From: a bacterium
GTDB lineage: Bacteria > Muiribacteriota > UBA6191
Length of the DNA stretch: 35,406 nucleotides
NCBI GenBank assembly: GCA_036339875.1
Contig: JAYZAC010000027.1
Location: forward strand, 1 to 35,406
Direction: 5' to 3'
In this document: one piece after another, positions 16,286 through 25,386 of the stretch
Layout of the letters: every line of letters begins with the position of its first letter
How positions within the stretch are numbered: position 1 is the stretch's first letter
The notes under the pieces: generated by a model
Seen by the model: the letters and a program-made list of their open reading frames with translations, nothing else
The model's database searches: none
What the model was told of the DNA's origin: nothing
Made by a program: the position numbers and the translations under genes

Positions 16286-17629
16286 TTAACCCTCCTTACG
16301 TATTTCTTCAAGTCCGTCGTGGATTATTCCTGAAAGATCAATTTTGGACGGACATACGTAGGTGCAAAGACCACACTCTGCACAGTCTTTCAATCCAAGG
16401 CCTTCTGCTTCATCATAATCCGATGCCATAACAGCTTTGAATAGAAACTGCGGCTTAATATCAATCGGACAAACTTCTTCACAGTGACCGCACTGAATAC
16501 ACGCTCTATCTTCCCCTTGAAAACTAGTCGTCATCTTATATTCATCTTGAGGAAAAAGCGAAGATAGGAACGTTCTAGAGAATGAATATTTATCCAGACC
16601 AGGCCAGACAAATCTTAAAAATTCACGCTGAGAACCTGTTGGTAAGACATGCAGTGATGTGCTTGCAAATCCAAGGTACCCGTCCTCTTGTGTTTCGATA
16701 CCCCCGAAAACTCCACCGGATAGATAAGTTTTTTCCCCTTCTTCCACGTCTACATTCAGAATATGGCTTACCGAACTACCCAAGTAAGTTTCAATATATC
16801 TACGTCTCTTTGCCAAAGAACCTGCAACAGTCATGATCCGTGCTGGATTCCATTTCCCGGACTCGGTAAGGTCTACCAAGGCGAGCAAATCCTGAGCGTT
16901 GATCGTCCAAGCACATTCATTTCGACGCAATGGAGCCACATGAAAGCTAATGACTGCAGGATTACCTGCTGGAAAAGTTGGCTGTATCTCGACTACACGC
17001 ACGTCTTCTACCGCATTCCAATTTGGTCCAGGAGTAGATGTCTTGCACTGACTGACAAAAATATTGCCTCTGGTCAATAGCCTAAGGAGCTTGACTCCTT
17101 GCTGCAGTTTTTGTTCCTTACCCGCTAAAACGTAATTAAGATCTGGACAGTGCGGTTCTAAATCGGTGGTTACGATGTAAATATCACGAGGGCGTTGTTC
17201 AGGATCCGCCATGACATTGAAAGGCATTGATTTGAAGAACGGCCACATGCCTGTTTTTAAAAGGTAATTCACAAAATCTTGTTCGCTTGCACTGTCAGGA
17301 TTGATCGTACCGAATTTGCCGAAGTCTTGCTTCTTGTCTAGTTTGAGTATGATCTCAATAAGTACTCGTCTCTTACCCCTCTTAATTTCCTGAACTGTAC
17401 CATTCCAAGGTGACACAAATTGAATTCTGTGATCAGGCTTGTGTACCCACAGTACATCCCCTGACTTAACCTTATCACCTTCACGAACCTTTACCAAAGC
17501 TTTCAAACCCGGCACGTCTTGGGCCTTTACGGCTATCGTGTCGGGTATGTCTAACATTTGCTCCAAATTCTGTTCCGGACGACCTCCAATTTTCAAATTG
17601 TACCCGCCTCTGAACTCGCTCCGTAGCAT
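16286..17629 (-). CDS. nqrA: Na+-NQR subunit A with two C-terminal 4Fe-4S motifs
   Basis: GYNLKIGGRP, VREGDKVKSG, IKRGKRRVL, FPAGN and YSFSRTFLS; first gene of the operon; SD AGGAG before ATG 17629. Confidence 0.92.
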   Translation of the reverse strand: MLRSEFRGGYNLKIGGRPEQNLEQMLDIPDTIAVKAQDVPGLKALVKVREGDKVKSGDVLWVHKPDHRIQFVSPWNGTVQEIKRGKRRVLIEIILKLDKKQDFGKFGTINPDSASEQDFVNYLLKTGMWPFFKSMPFNVMADPEQRPRDIYIVTTDLEPHCPDLNYVLAGKEQKLQQGVKLLRLLTRGNIFVSQCKTSTPGPNWNAVEDVRVVEIQPTFPAGNPAVISFHVAPLRRNECAWTINAQDLLALVDLTESGKWNPARIMTVAGSLAKRRRYIETYLGSSVSHILNVDVEEGEKTYLSGGVFGGIETQEDGYLGFASTSLHVLPTGSQREFLRFVWPGLDKYSFSRTFLSSLFPQDEYKMTTSFQGEDRACIQCGHCEEVCPIDIKPQFLFKAVMASDYDEAEGLGLKDCAECGLCTYVCPSKIDLSGIIHDGLEEIRKEG

Positions 17630-17714
17630 AGTTTCTCCTGCTGTTTTAAGTCTCAAATTAATTAAGTATCAGAAACCTGCGTCTAAGAGTGTTAGACAAA
17701 CCGTTTCCAGCCTC

Positions 17715-17743
17715 AAGATACCTCCATGCCATATGTTTGGCAA
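17715..17743 (-). promoter_or_regulatory. Putative sigma70 promoter of the nqr operon with an overlapping dyad
   Basis: Minus strand TTGCCA (17743-17738), 17 nt, TATCTT (17720-17715); dyad ATATGTT-N4-AACATAT at 17731-17748. Confidence 0.5.
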
Positions 17744-17790
17744 CATATTCCTGTAGTAGAACTGGGAGGTCCAAAATGGAGAGTGTCAAC

Positions 17791-18543
17791 TTACTGAAAT
17801 CCTTTCGCATCTGGAAAGTACGTTTTTAATGGAGCTAAAATGTAACCTTCAGAGCGTTTGATTTTGTTTTGTGCGAAATCATCAAGTAATGAATGCAAAG
17901 TTTCTGTTTGGAGCTTGAAAGCAAGTCTTTCGGCACTTTGAAATAGACCAAGGATATGATCTTTCCGCCTTTCAACAGCAGAAAATGTCTGAGTTTGTTT
18001 ATTTTTCTTGCTGTATACTTTTAGAACATATTCTCCGGCCGCATAACGACCAACTCCTGAAATTGTTACACCTGCTACAATAGTTCCTGCAGCATTAATT
18101 TTTTTCAATCGGCTTATACGATTTATATTTAGAAAAACCACATATTTAGCTTCAAATTTTTTTGCAATCTTATCAAAATTGTTTGGGTAATCGTCGGGGC
18201 TAATTTCGTTTTGAGAAAGGAAATTATCTATTTCGATGTAGGAAGGTATCACGAAATTATAATTGCTGAAAAAGTCTGAGATTTGTTCAAACGCTTTGTT
18301 TTCAAATTTCTTCCGTTTTTTTGAACTAACGACAGGTAATACCACCACGCGTGGAATTTTTTTAGCATTGTGTCTTTTTCGCCTAATTTCAACAAAGTGA
18401 AATTCACCAGCATAAGGTTTGCCTCGAATTTCAGAAGCTTCACTTTCACAGACTAAGGAAGAAACAATTATAAGCAATAGAAGAGTTATAAAGTTCAGCT
18501 TATAATTATCTGAATTCTTTAAACTTATTGATTTGACTGCCAT
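17791..18543 (-). CDS. Exported hypothetical protein, possible CsgG/LpoB/TolB-N-like fold
   Basis: Hydrophobic signal segment; RVVVLPV and IAKKFEAKYVVF patterns; 38-nt overlap with the TPR gene. Confidence 0.6.
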   Translation of the reverse strand: MAVKSISLKNSDNYKLNFITLLLLIIVSSLVCESEASEIRGKPYAGEFHFVEIRRKRHNAKKIPRVVVLPVVSSKKRKKFENKAFEQISDFFSNYNFVIPSYIEIDNFLSQNEISPDDYPNNFDKIAKKFEAKYVVFLNINRISRLKKINAAGTIVAGVTISGVGRYAAGEYVLKVYSKKNKQTQTFSAVERRKDHILGLFQSAERLAFKLQTETLHSLLDDFAQNKIKRSEGYILAPLKTYFPDAKGFQ

Positions 18544-19825
18544 ACTTCTCTTCTAGTTTTTTTACATCGCTTGATTTAAGTAGATTGCTTAACCGACCTT
18601 TCAAGGACGGATCGTTAAGAATGGGTTTAAACTTCTCTTTATATTCGGCTAGTAGTTTTTGCTTTTCAACCTTCGATTCGGCATTACTTATACGTCTTTT
18701 GTAGTTTTCGAATTCAGCAACAAATTGTTGCTGACTGTTGATGCCCAGCTTCTTCATTGTCGAATTGGCTGCTTGAGCAATATTCTTATTGTTCGCTTTA
18801 TCTTGAGCCATGGCAGCCTGTTGTAATTTTCTGTAAATTTCCTCACCACCAACCTCATTCATAATATCTAATACATACTCAGTTTTTTCTTTATGTTTGC
18901 TAAGTTCATCAATCATAAATTCGACGATAACATACATTATATCTTCGGAATTATTCAGCGCATTTTCATAGCTAGACTTGGCCTCATCTTCGTCTCCTTG
19001 AAGACTTTGTAGAAATCCCATACGGTAGAAATTGTCAAAGGATTCATCTTCTTCACTTTGAGAACGATAAAATTCGATCGCCCTTGTTTTGAGACCTCTA
19101 AAGCTACTTTCAGCATTTTCTGAAGCGAGTTTGAATGCAAGGTAAACTCTCCAATAAAACTTTTGTTTATCTTGAACTGAGTTTTTGTTCTTTGATACAT
19201 ATTGGGCAGCCTTAATACCAATTGATTTTAGTTTTTCCAAAGACTTTCTGGCTGGTTTATTTTTAAGTTTAGAGTTCGCAAAGAGATAGTGATCATATGC
19301 ATAGTCAAATTTTTTAAGACCATGAAATGCTCTGCCCATTGCTAAACGATAGGATGGATTAGAGTCATCATCCTCTATCAAAATTTTTAGTGAATTTCTA
19401 GCAGCATCAAATTTTTCCATTCTTATAAGCCGAGTAGCTTCGTACAATTGATACTGCTCTGGAAATTCGGTTTCAACCTTGCTTTTAATTTTCAAACATT
19501 TACTTGTGTAGTTTGATTCTTTGATTCGATCACATATTTTAATGGCTTCATGTCCATTTTCTGCTAAAAATAATCCTCTAGCATAGCGATAAAGATTTTT
19601 TGGATTTCTTTTACGGCTTGCTAAATGACGCCAATATTTTAGGGCTTTCTCGTGGTCATTTTTTTTGTAAAGGGTGCTGGCCAATTTGAAGATAGCTTCT
19701 AGGTCATCGGGATTTTTCTTTACATATTTTTCCATTTGAGTAATTGTTGAAGAGAAGCTGGTAATCGTTAAAAATAACAGAATTAGTAAACATAAAATTT
19801 GCAATCTGTTAATAACACCTGGCAT
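18506..19825 (-). CDS. Exported tetratricopeptide repeat protein
   Basis: Signal peptide followed by TPR-like helices (NPDDLEAIFKLASTLY, NPSYRLAMGRAF, FYRMGFLQSLQGDEDEAKSSYENAL); ATG 19825 chosen. Confidence 0.8.
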   Translation of the reverse strand: MPGVINRLQILCLLILLFLTITSFSSTITQMEKYVKKNPDDLEAIFKLASTLYKKNDHEKALKYWRHLASRKRNPKNLYRYARGLFLAENGHEAIKICDRIKESNYTSKCLKIKSKVETEFPEQYQLYEATRLIRMEKFDAARNSLKILIEDDDSNPSYRLAMGRAFHGLKKFDYAYDHYLFANSKLKNKPARKSLEKLKSIGIKAAQYVSKNKNSVQDKQKFYWRVYLAFKLASENAESSFRGLKTRAIEFYRSQSEEDESFDNFYRMGFLQSLQGDEDEAKSSYENALNNSEDIMYVIVEFMIDELSKHKEKTEYVLDIMNEVGGEEIYRKLQQAAMAQDKANNKNIAQAANSTMKKLGINSQQQFVAEFENYKRRISNAESKVEKQKLLAEYKEKFKPILNDPSLKGRLSNLLKSSDVKKLEEKYGSQINKFKEFR

Positions 19826-20028
19826 TAGCGAAACTCTTATACACAACTAGAAACTTCCCTCATTATAAAGTATCTACACAATAACAAAAAGGTAACATTT
19901 GAATCATTACAGAGAGATGAGTTGTGAGAATGACTAATTGGGAAATACAAAATTAAAATTATTTTAGCTGAAAATGTTACACAAATTTCTCATTACCTCG
20001 ATTATATATAAAAGATTTGGAGGTTGAG

Positions 20029-20178
20029 ATGTATTACAGTCATAAGACATTAATGGATGATTTTGAAAAAGATAAAATTAGTGCCCAAGAAGTATTTTAT
20101 AATCTAAATCGTATATCTCTCCGCGAGCGCAAAAAATTTATAACTAAGGCCAAAGGCATATTGCTTGTAAAAAAATAA
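20029..20178 (+). CDS. Small hypothetical protein, 49 aa
   Basis: GGAGG at 20019-20023, ATG 20029, TAA 20176-20178; MYYSHKTLMDDFEKDKISAQEVFYNLNRISLRERKKFITKAKGILLVKK; followed by a bidirectional terminator. Confidence 0.6.
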   Translation: MYYSHKTLMDDFEKDKISAQEVFYNLNRISLRERKKFITKAKGILLVKK

Positions 20179-20224
20179 TCTTCTGCCAAGGCATAACCTC
20201 ATTAAGGCCTTGCTTTAACCTTGC

Positions 20225-20260
20225 AAAAAAGAGACCACCTGTAATGGTGGTCTTTTTATT
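20225..20260. terminator. Bidirectional intrinsic terminator
   Basis: A6-g-AGACCACC-tgtaat-GGTGGTCT-TTTTATT between the convergent small ORF and the dehydrogenase gene. Confidence 0.85.
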
Positions 20261-20276
20261 TTCTATAATGGATGTG

Positions 20277-21365
20277 TCAACGTCCGGCTGCTTTTACAGC
20301 TTCAGTCCATATGGTTGATACGTTTAGAATCTCGTTAATTCTTCTTTCAGAAACTACATCTGCCGCGGCTTTGGAAGATATGTTTTTCTCTTTAGCTGTT
20401 TCAAGGATGTTAGTGATTCTATAGAATAACTGGTCCACTCTTTTTAATGCTCTATCTTGGTTATAGCCCGCTAATTCCTCGTATACATTCATTAGGCCGC
20501 CAGCGTTTATTACGTAGTCTGGAGCGTAGATGATACCTTTTTCTTTCAATTCAACACCATGTCGGGATTCAGCCAATTGATTATTCGCAGCGCCCGCTAC
20601 AATTTTACATTGTAATTCTTCGATCGAGGTGTCATTAATGACAGCTCCGAGTGCACATGGTGCAAAAATATCACATTGCACTTTATGAATATCTTCAGGC
20701 GGAATTGCTTCAGCCTTAAATTCGTCAACACAGCGACGTACATTAACATCGTTTATATCAGCAACCAGAAGGCGTGCCCCATCTTTGAATAGCATCTTAC
20801 AAAGGTGGTATCCGACAGAACCAAGACCCTGCACGGCAATAGTTACATTTCGTAGCGATGAAGTGTCTGCAATAAAATTCCAGCAGGCTTTTATGCCATT
20901 ATATGTTCCTCTTGCTGTTACGGGTGAAGGATCTCCACTTCCACCCTTAGATTTCATTATTCCCGTAACCCAATTAGTTTCCATATTGATATATGTCATG
21001 TCATTTACGGTTGTACCGGAATCCTCCGCTGTTATGTAGCGTCCATTCAGAGTCTGCACGAATCGACCAAAAGAACGAAAGAGTGCTTCTGATTTCATAG
21101 TTTTTGGATCGCCAATAATTACGGCTTTTCCTCCGCCCAAATTTAATCCTGCGGCTGCTGCCTTGTATGTCATGCCACGAGCCAACCTCAAAACGTCGCG
21201 GACGGCATCCTCCTCTTTTTCGTAAGGGTACATACGCAGACCGCCAAGAGCTGGTCCCAAAGTCGTATCATGAATGCATATGATTGCTCGCAATCCTGAC
21301 TGCTTGTCTTGGCAGAAGACTAGTTGCTCATAATCCTGTGTATCCATTTGATCAAAATAGGACAT
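20277..21365 (-). CDS. Leucine dehydrogenase (Glu/Leu/Phe/Val dehydrogenase family)
   Basis: [60 protein letters not shown] and [19 protein letters not shown]. Confidence 0.95.
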   Translation of the reverse strand: MSYFDQMDTQDYEQLVFCQDKQSGLRAIICIHDTTLGPALGGLRMYPYEKEEDAVRDVLRLARGMTYKAAAAGLNLGGGKAVIIGDPKTMKSEALFRSFGRFVQTLNGRYITAEDSGTTVNDMTYINMETNWVTGIMKSKGGSGDPSPVTARGTYNGIKACWNFIADTSSLRNVTIAVQGLGSVGYHLCKMLFKDGARLLVADINDVNVRRCVDEFKAEAIPPEDIHKVQCDIFAPCALGAVINDTSIEELQCKIVAGAANNQLAESRHGVELKEKGIIYAPDYVINAGGLMNVYEELAGYNQDRALKRVDQLFYRITNILETAKEKNISSKAAADVVSERRINEILNVSTIWTEAVKAAGR

Positions 21366-21388
21366 AAAACACCTCCTGAGTTAAAGAG

Positions 21389-21410
21389 ATTATAGCACCT
21401 CTAGGTGCTA
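21389..21410 (-). promoter_or_regulatory. Extended -10 promoter with overlapping palindrome, upstream of leucine dehydrogenase
   Basis: Minus strand TGC-TATAAT (21397-21389); TAGCACCT-ct-AGGTGCTA at 21393-21410. Confidence 0.6.
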
Positions 21411-21478
21411 GTCAGCGACCGGGTAGTTTAGCAAAAAAGAAGTGTCATTTCTATATGGGGGTTGCTTGTAGTTGGATA

Positions 21479-23518
21479 TTAACCATCTATTAGCGCGGCA
21501 GAACCTCCAGTTGAATGAACAGGACATCCAATCTGAGGTATCTGCAATTCCGAAAAAATCTCTTTTGTTTTACTGGGGCAGGATGGTCGAGCTAGTAAAC
21601 CACTAGTTCGACAAATACTTCTTTCTTTCATACCCGGTGGTTTAAGGTCGAGTAGTCTTCTTTGGAAAATACTTGGTTTTCTTTTAATCAACTTACGAAA
21701 AAAGTCGCCCACCACGGGTGCTGCAACTTTTGATGACGGTGTTTTCAATCCCAGACTCTTTCTATCGTTATAGCCAAAAGTAACTAATGCTGCTAACTCG
21801 GGGGTCAAGCCCACAAACCAAGCATCGATATAATCTTGGTTTGTTCCTGTTTTGCCAGCTATTTCTAAGCCTCTCACATTGGCTCTTTGCCCACTGCCAT
21901 TAGTTACTACGGAACGCATCATACTCAAAGTTTGGTATGCACTTTCAGAATTCATTGCTTCATTTTCGAGAGCTTTACTTTCATAAATAACTTTACCAGT
22001 ACGATCTTCAATTCTCAAAATGAACCTAGATTGACTAAAAATACCTTGATTGGCGAATGTGGAATATGCACCAACGAGCTCCAGAGGAGTTACTTCTGTA
22101 CTGCCTAACGCTAAAGTTAGATTAGCATCCATAGGAGAATGAATTCCCGACTTTTGAGCTAGTTGGATAGTCGGTTGTAAACCTATTTTATCCAGTAATT
22201 TAATCGCAATCATATTGTAGGAATGCTCCAGGGCCGTTCTAAGAATACTAGGTCCATGGTAAATTCCACCGTAATTTTCTGGTGTCCATTCTTTATTCAA
22301 TTTTTTAACAAAAAAACTAAGAGGCTCATCATTTAATATCAAATTAGGTGGAATTCCATTTTCAAACGCGGCAGCATAAACAAAGGGTTTGAAGCATGAG
22401 CCCGGTTGACGCCGAGCTTGGGTTGCACGATTGAAAGAGCTCAATTTGTAGTCTCGTCCGCCAATTAGGCTAACGACCTCACCTGAATCAACTTCTCTAA
22501 CTACAAAGGCACCTTGTAAATCTGGCGTTGAGGAAAGAGGATTAGTCTTGAATAGAGAAGCTCCCAAAAAAGCCTCACGAGCAATCGCATGAATCTCACT
22601 ATCCAATGTGGTTATAACTCTATAACCACCAGTTAATACTTTTCTCCAACCCAACATTCTTACCAATTCTCGTACTACCTGAGATGTAAAATATGGAGCC
22701 TTAGCTTCTTGCGAAAAGCTCTGCGTTTGAGCCGGTTTGACAAAAATTTTCTCTTGTAGTGCTTTTTGATAGACAGATTCATTGATGACATGAAGTTCAC
22801 GCATTTTGAATAGAACTGTGCGTCTTCTTTTCATTGCCTTGTCGAAATTATGTCTCGGCGAATAGCGATTGGGAGCTTTAAGTATAGCGGCCAATAAAGA
22901 AGCTTGTGCCACAGTTAAATCACGCGGTTCCACGTTAAAGTAACCTTTACTAGCTGCAGCCAAGCCATAATAGCTACTACCGAAGTAAACTGTATTTAAA
23001 TACATCTCTAGAATCTCATTCTTAGTCAAGGAATATTCTAGTTTTAAGGCGAGCATGATTTCCTTAATTTTACGGGTGATAGTCTTTTCATGAGATAAGT
23101 AGACGTTTCGAACCAATTGTTGAGTGATCGTACTCGCACCATGAGCTAAACGTCTCACTTTTAGATCTATTATCAGTGCTCCTAGAATACGACGAAAATC
23201 TATGCCAAAATGGCTAAAAAACCTTTGATCTTCTATTGATGTGAAGGCAAGTTTCACATGTGTTGGGATATCACTTAAATTAATCAGACGACGTCTAGCG
23301 GTTCTACCTCTAGTCGTATGCAAAAGATTTCCATGACGATCATAGATTCGAGTCGAAAGAGATGGGTTCAGGCGTGGTATGTCCAATGATGGAAGTTCTA
23401 AATAGATATCATGTAGAATACCTGCTAGCAAGCCACCCAAACAGAACACAAATATCACTAACCACAACACGAACTGTCGAAGTAAATATTTCAAGGATTG
23501 ATAAATGAATTTGAACAT
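21479..23518 (-). CDS. Class A penicillin-binding protein (PBP1A family)
   Basis: Transglycosylase motifs EDQRFFSHFG, GASTITQQL and RKIKE; transpeptidase motifs SCFK, SYN and KTG. Confidence 0.95.
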   Translation of the reverse strand: MFKFIYQSLKYLLRQFVLWLVIFVFCLGGLLAGILHDIYLELPSLDIPRLNPSLSTRIYDRHGNLLHTTRGRTARRRLINLSDIPTHVKLAFTSIEDQRFFSHFGIDFRRILGALIIDLKVRRLAHGASTITQQLVRNVYLSHEKTITRKIKEIMLALKLEYSLTKNEILEMYLNTVYFGSSYYGLAAASKGYFNVEPRDLTVAQASLLAAILKAPNRYSPRHNFDKAMKRRRTVLFKMRELHVINESVYQKALQEKIFVKPAQTQSFSQEAKAPYFTSQVVRELVRMLGWRKVLTGGYRVITTLDSEIHAIAREAFLGASLFKTNPLSSTPDLQGAFVVREVDSGEVVSLIGGRDYKLSSFNRATQARRQPGSCFKPFVYAAAFENGIPPNLILNDEPLSFFVKKLNKEWTPENYGGIYHGPSILRTALEHSYNMIAIKLLDKIGLQPTIQLAQKSGIHSPMDANLTLALGSTEVTPLELVGAYSTFANQGIFSQSRFILRIEDRTGKVIYESKALENEAMNSESAYQTLSMMRSVVTNGSGQRANVRGLEIAGKTGTNQDYIDAWFVGLTPELAALVTFGYNDRKSLGLKTPSSKVAAPVVGDFFRKLIKRKPSIFQRRLLDLKPPGMKERSICRTSGLLARPSCPSKTKEIFSELQIPQIGCPVHSTGGSAALIDG

Positions 23519-24225
23519 TACAGAACATCCCTGGTTTTCATAATGTGTTTAACAATTTCTACATCTATGGGCGTTGTTACTTTAATGTTTTCTTCAGAAC
23601 CTTCAATAACTTTTACTTCGTGACCAAGTTGCAAGAAATAACTAGAGCAATCGGTTCCTTTAAAGTTGTTCTTTTTTCCAAGAAGGTAAGCTTTTAATAT
23701 CAAGCAATATTCGAAAGCCTGTGGAGTTTGCACTCTACGCAACCTATCTCTATCTAGAGTTAGTTGAATTTTAGTCTGGTGATCATCGGTAACTTTGACA
23801 ATTGTATCTACAAGGGGTAAAGCAGGTACAACTCCTCCCCCATGCTCCAATAGGTTTTCACATAAGTTATTTAACAATGTTGGTGGGCAAAAAGCTCGCG
23901 CTCCATCATGAATTAATACATGCTTTGTATTGGATCTACATGTTTTTAATCCATTTAATACCGAATCATATCGTTGAAGACCTGCGTTACAAAAGTTTAT
24001 CTCTACTTGTCTATCAAATGGTGTCATCTTGTTAAGCATTTTACTTATACGTTCACGCTCTGTTTGCTCGCAAACGATTACCAGCTGGGATAGTTGCTTG
24101 ATTACCTTCAAAGATTCTAGGCAATGCACCAATAGACTTTTACCTGATATTTCGAAATACTGTTTAGGTTCCGAATGCTTAAATCTACTACCTCGGCCAC
24201 CAAACAGGACAATACAAGCAACCAT
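23518..24225 (-). CDS. ispD: 2-C-methyl-D-erythritol 4-phosphate cytidylyltransferase (IspD/TarI family)
   Basis: GGRGSRF...PKQY, RYDSVLNGL, IHDGAR, VQTPQAF and NIKVTTPID; adjacent to ispA. Confidence 0.85.
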   Translation of the reverse strand: MVACIVLFGGRGSRFKHSEPKQYFEISGKSLLVHCLESLKVIKQLSQLVIVCEQTERERISKMLNKMTPFDRQVEINFCNAGLQRYDSVLNGLKTCRSNTKHVLIHDGARAFCPPTLLNNLCENLLEHGGGVVPALPLVDTIVKVTDDHQTKIQLTLDRDRLRRVQTPQAFEYCLILKAYLLGKKNNFKGTDCSSYFLQLGHEVKVIEGSEENIKVTTPIDVEIVKHIMKTRDVL

Positions 24226-24233
24226 TAGTCCCC

Positions 24234-25154
24234 TTAATGAGTCCGAGTAAGTAGGTATTTAATTAAACATTCAAAAAACTTGGGATCGAGACCCATTTCA
24301 TACAGGGGCTGAAGTGATTTAATCCCCTCTGTAGCATGTTTAACTGCTAAATCGCGACTTCTATTGATTCCCAACAGAGCTGGGTAAGTTGATTTTTGAT
24401 TCGCTGCATCTAGTCCTGCTTGTTTTCCTAGCTGTTCACTTGTAGCAGTAACATCTAATATGTCATCAGTAATTTGAAATACGAGTCCAAAGTGATGTCC
24501 ATAAGTTTTCAAATATTCGATAGCTACTGGAGGAGCTTGGGCTATTAAAGCGCCAAATTCCAAACAAGCTATGAATAGCTTACCCGTTTTATATATGTGA
24601 ATTTTCTCTAAGGCTTCAAGATCTACTTGCTTTCTTTCTGACTGAAGATCAAGAACTTGTCCAGCAATCATTCCGCGAGCACCAACTGCTTTAGATAGTA
24701 GAGAAATTAACTGTAAACTCAAATTAGGTTTAAGATTATGCTTTTTAGAGACTGCAATGAGTAATTCCCAAGCGCATGTGAGGAGCGCATCACCAGCTAG
24801 TGTTGCAATATCTTCTCCAAAGGCTTTATGACAAGTCTCTAATCCCCTACGTAAATCAGAGTCATCCATACACGGTAAATCATCGTGAATAAGTGAATAC
24901 GTATGAAGCAGTTCAATGCAAAGTCCCATTTCCAATCCTAATTTCTCTGCTCTAGGATTAAAAATCATTGCTGACTCCACCGCAAGAATGGGTCGTATTC
25001 GCTTTGCTCGGGCAAATAGTGAATGGTTCATTGCATCTTTGATTACTGGCGTGACGGTATCAAGATAACCATATTCCGTTTGCGAACTTTGAAGTAGCTC
25101 ATCAATTCGAAGACGCAGATTTTCGATATGCTGCTCAAGTTTGAGCATTTCCAT
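24234..25154 (-). CDS. ispA: Farnesyl/geranyl diphosphate synthase (polyprenyl synthetase)
   Basis: KRIRP, HTYSLIHDDLPCMDDSDLRRG, LAGDAL, GQVLDL, KTG, FQITDDILD and KSTYP. Confidence 0.92.
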   Translation of the reverse strand: MEMLKLEQHIENLRLRIDELLQSSQTEYGYLDTVTPVIKDAMNHSLFARAKRIRPILAVESAMIFNPRAEKLGLEMGLCIELLHTYSLIHDDLPCMDDSDLRRGLETCHKAFGEDIATLAGDALLTCAWELLIAVSKKHNLKPNLSLQLISLLSKAVGARGMIAGQVLDLQSERKQVDLEALEKIHIYKTGKLFIACLEFGALIAQAPPVAIEYLKTYGHHFGLVFQITDDILDVTATSEQLGKQAGLDAANQKSTYPALLGINRSRDLAVKHATEGIKSLQPLYEMGLDPKFFECLIKYLLTRTH

Positions 25155-25372
25155 TAATAGTCCCAGTTGGAGTTACTGACGATTTGTTGAATTTCTTCTT
25201 CACTACCTAATCGGTTTAAGTGATCTTGAAAACTACCAAGACTCTGAATTAAATTATAAATATCTTTTGAATTAGTTCGTTTTAATTCTCGAGCCAGCCA
25301 TTGTGCAAACTCAACTAATTCTTGTTTTTTTGCAGATTTCATGACCTTCTCCTGTGTGAACTTTGAGTACAT
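25154..25372 (-). CDS. Small hypothetical protein
   Basis: Fills the ribF-ispA gap; its stop overlaps the ispA ATG (TAATG); SD-like GAGGA before ATG 25372 and AGGAG before ATG 25342. Confidence 0.7.
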   Translation of the reverse strand: MYSKFTQEKVMKSAKKQELVEFAQWLARELKRTNSKDIYNLIQSLGSFQDHLNRLGSEEEIQQIVSNSNWDY

Positions 25373-25386
25373 AGTCCTCATCCGCA

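Noticed and set aside
11823..17629. Calling the operon Rnf because of the Fe-S motifs in the first gene
   Set aside because: Full NqrF, NqrB N-terminal extension, nqrM and absence of rnfB identify it as Na+-NQR.
11957..17756. Many short alternate-frame and antisense ORFs within the nqr operon
   Set aside because: All overlap well-conserved nqr genes and show no motifs of their own.
17784..17789. Perfect TTGACA on the minus strand upstream of nqrA
   Set aside because: No -10 box at 16-18 nt spacing.
19892..19980. 9-bp inverted repeat GTAACATTT / AAATGTTAC
   Set aside because: Short, AT-rich, 71 nt apart and without flanking duplication; plausible by chance.
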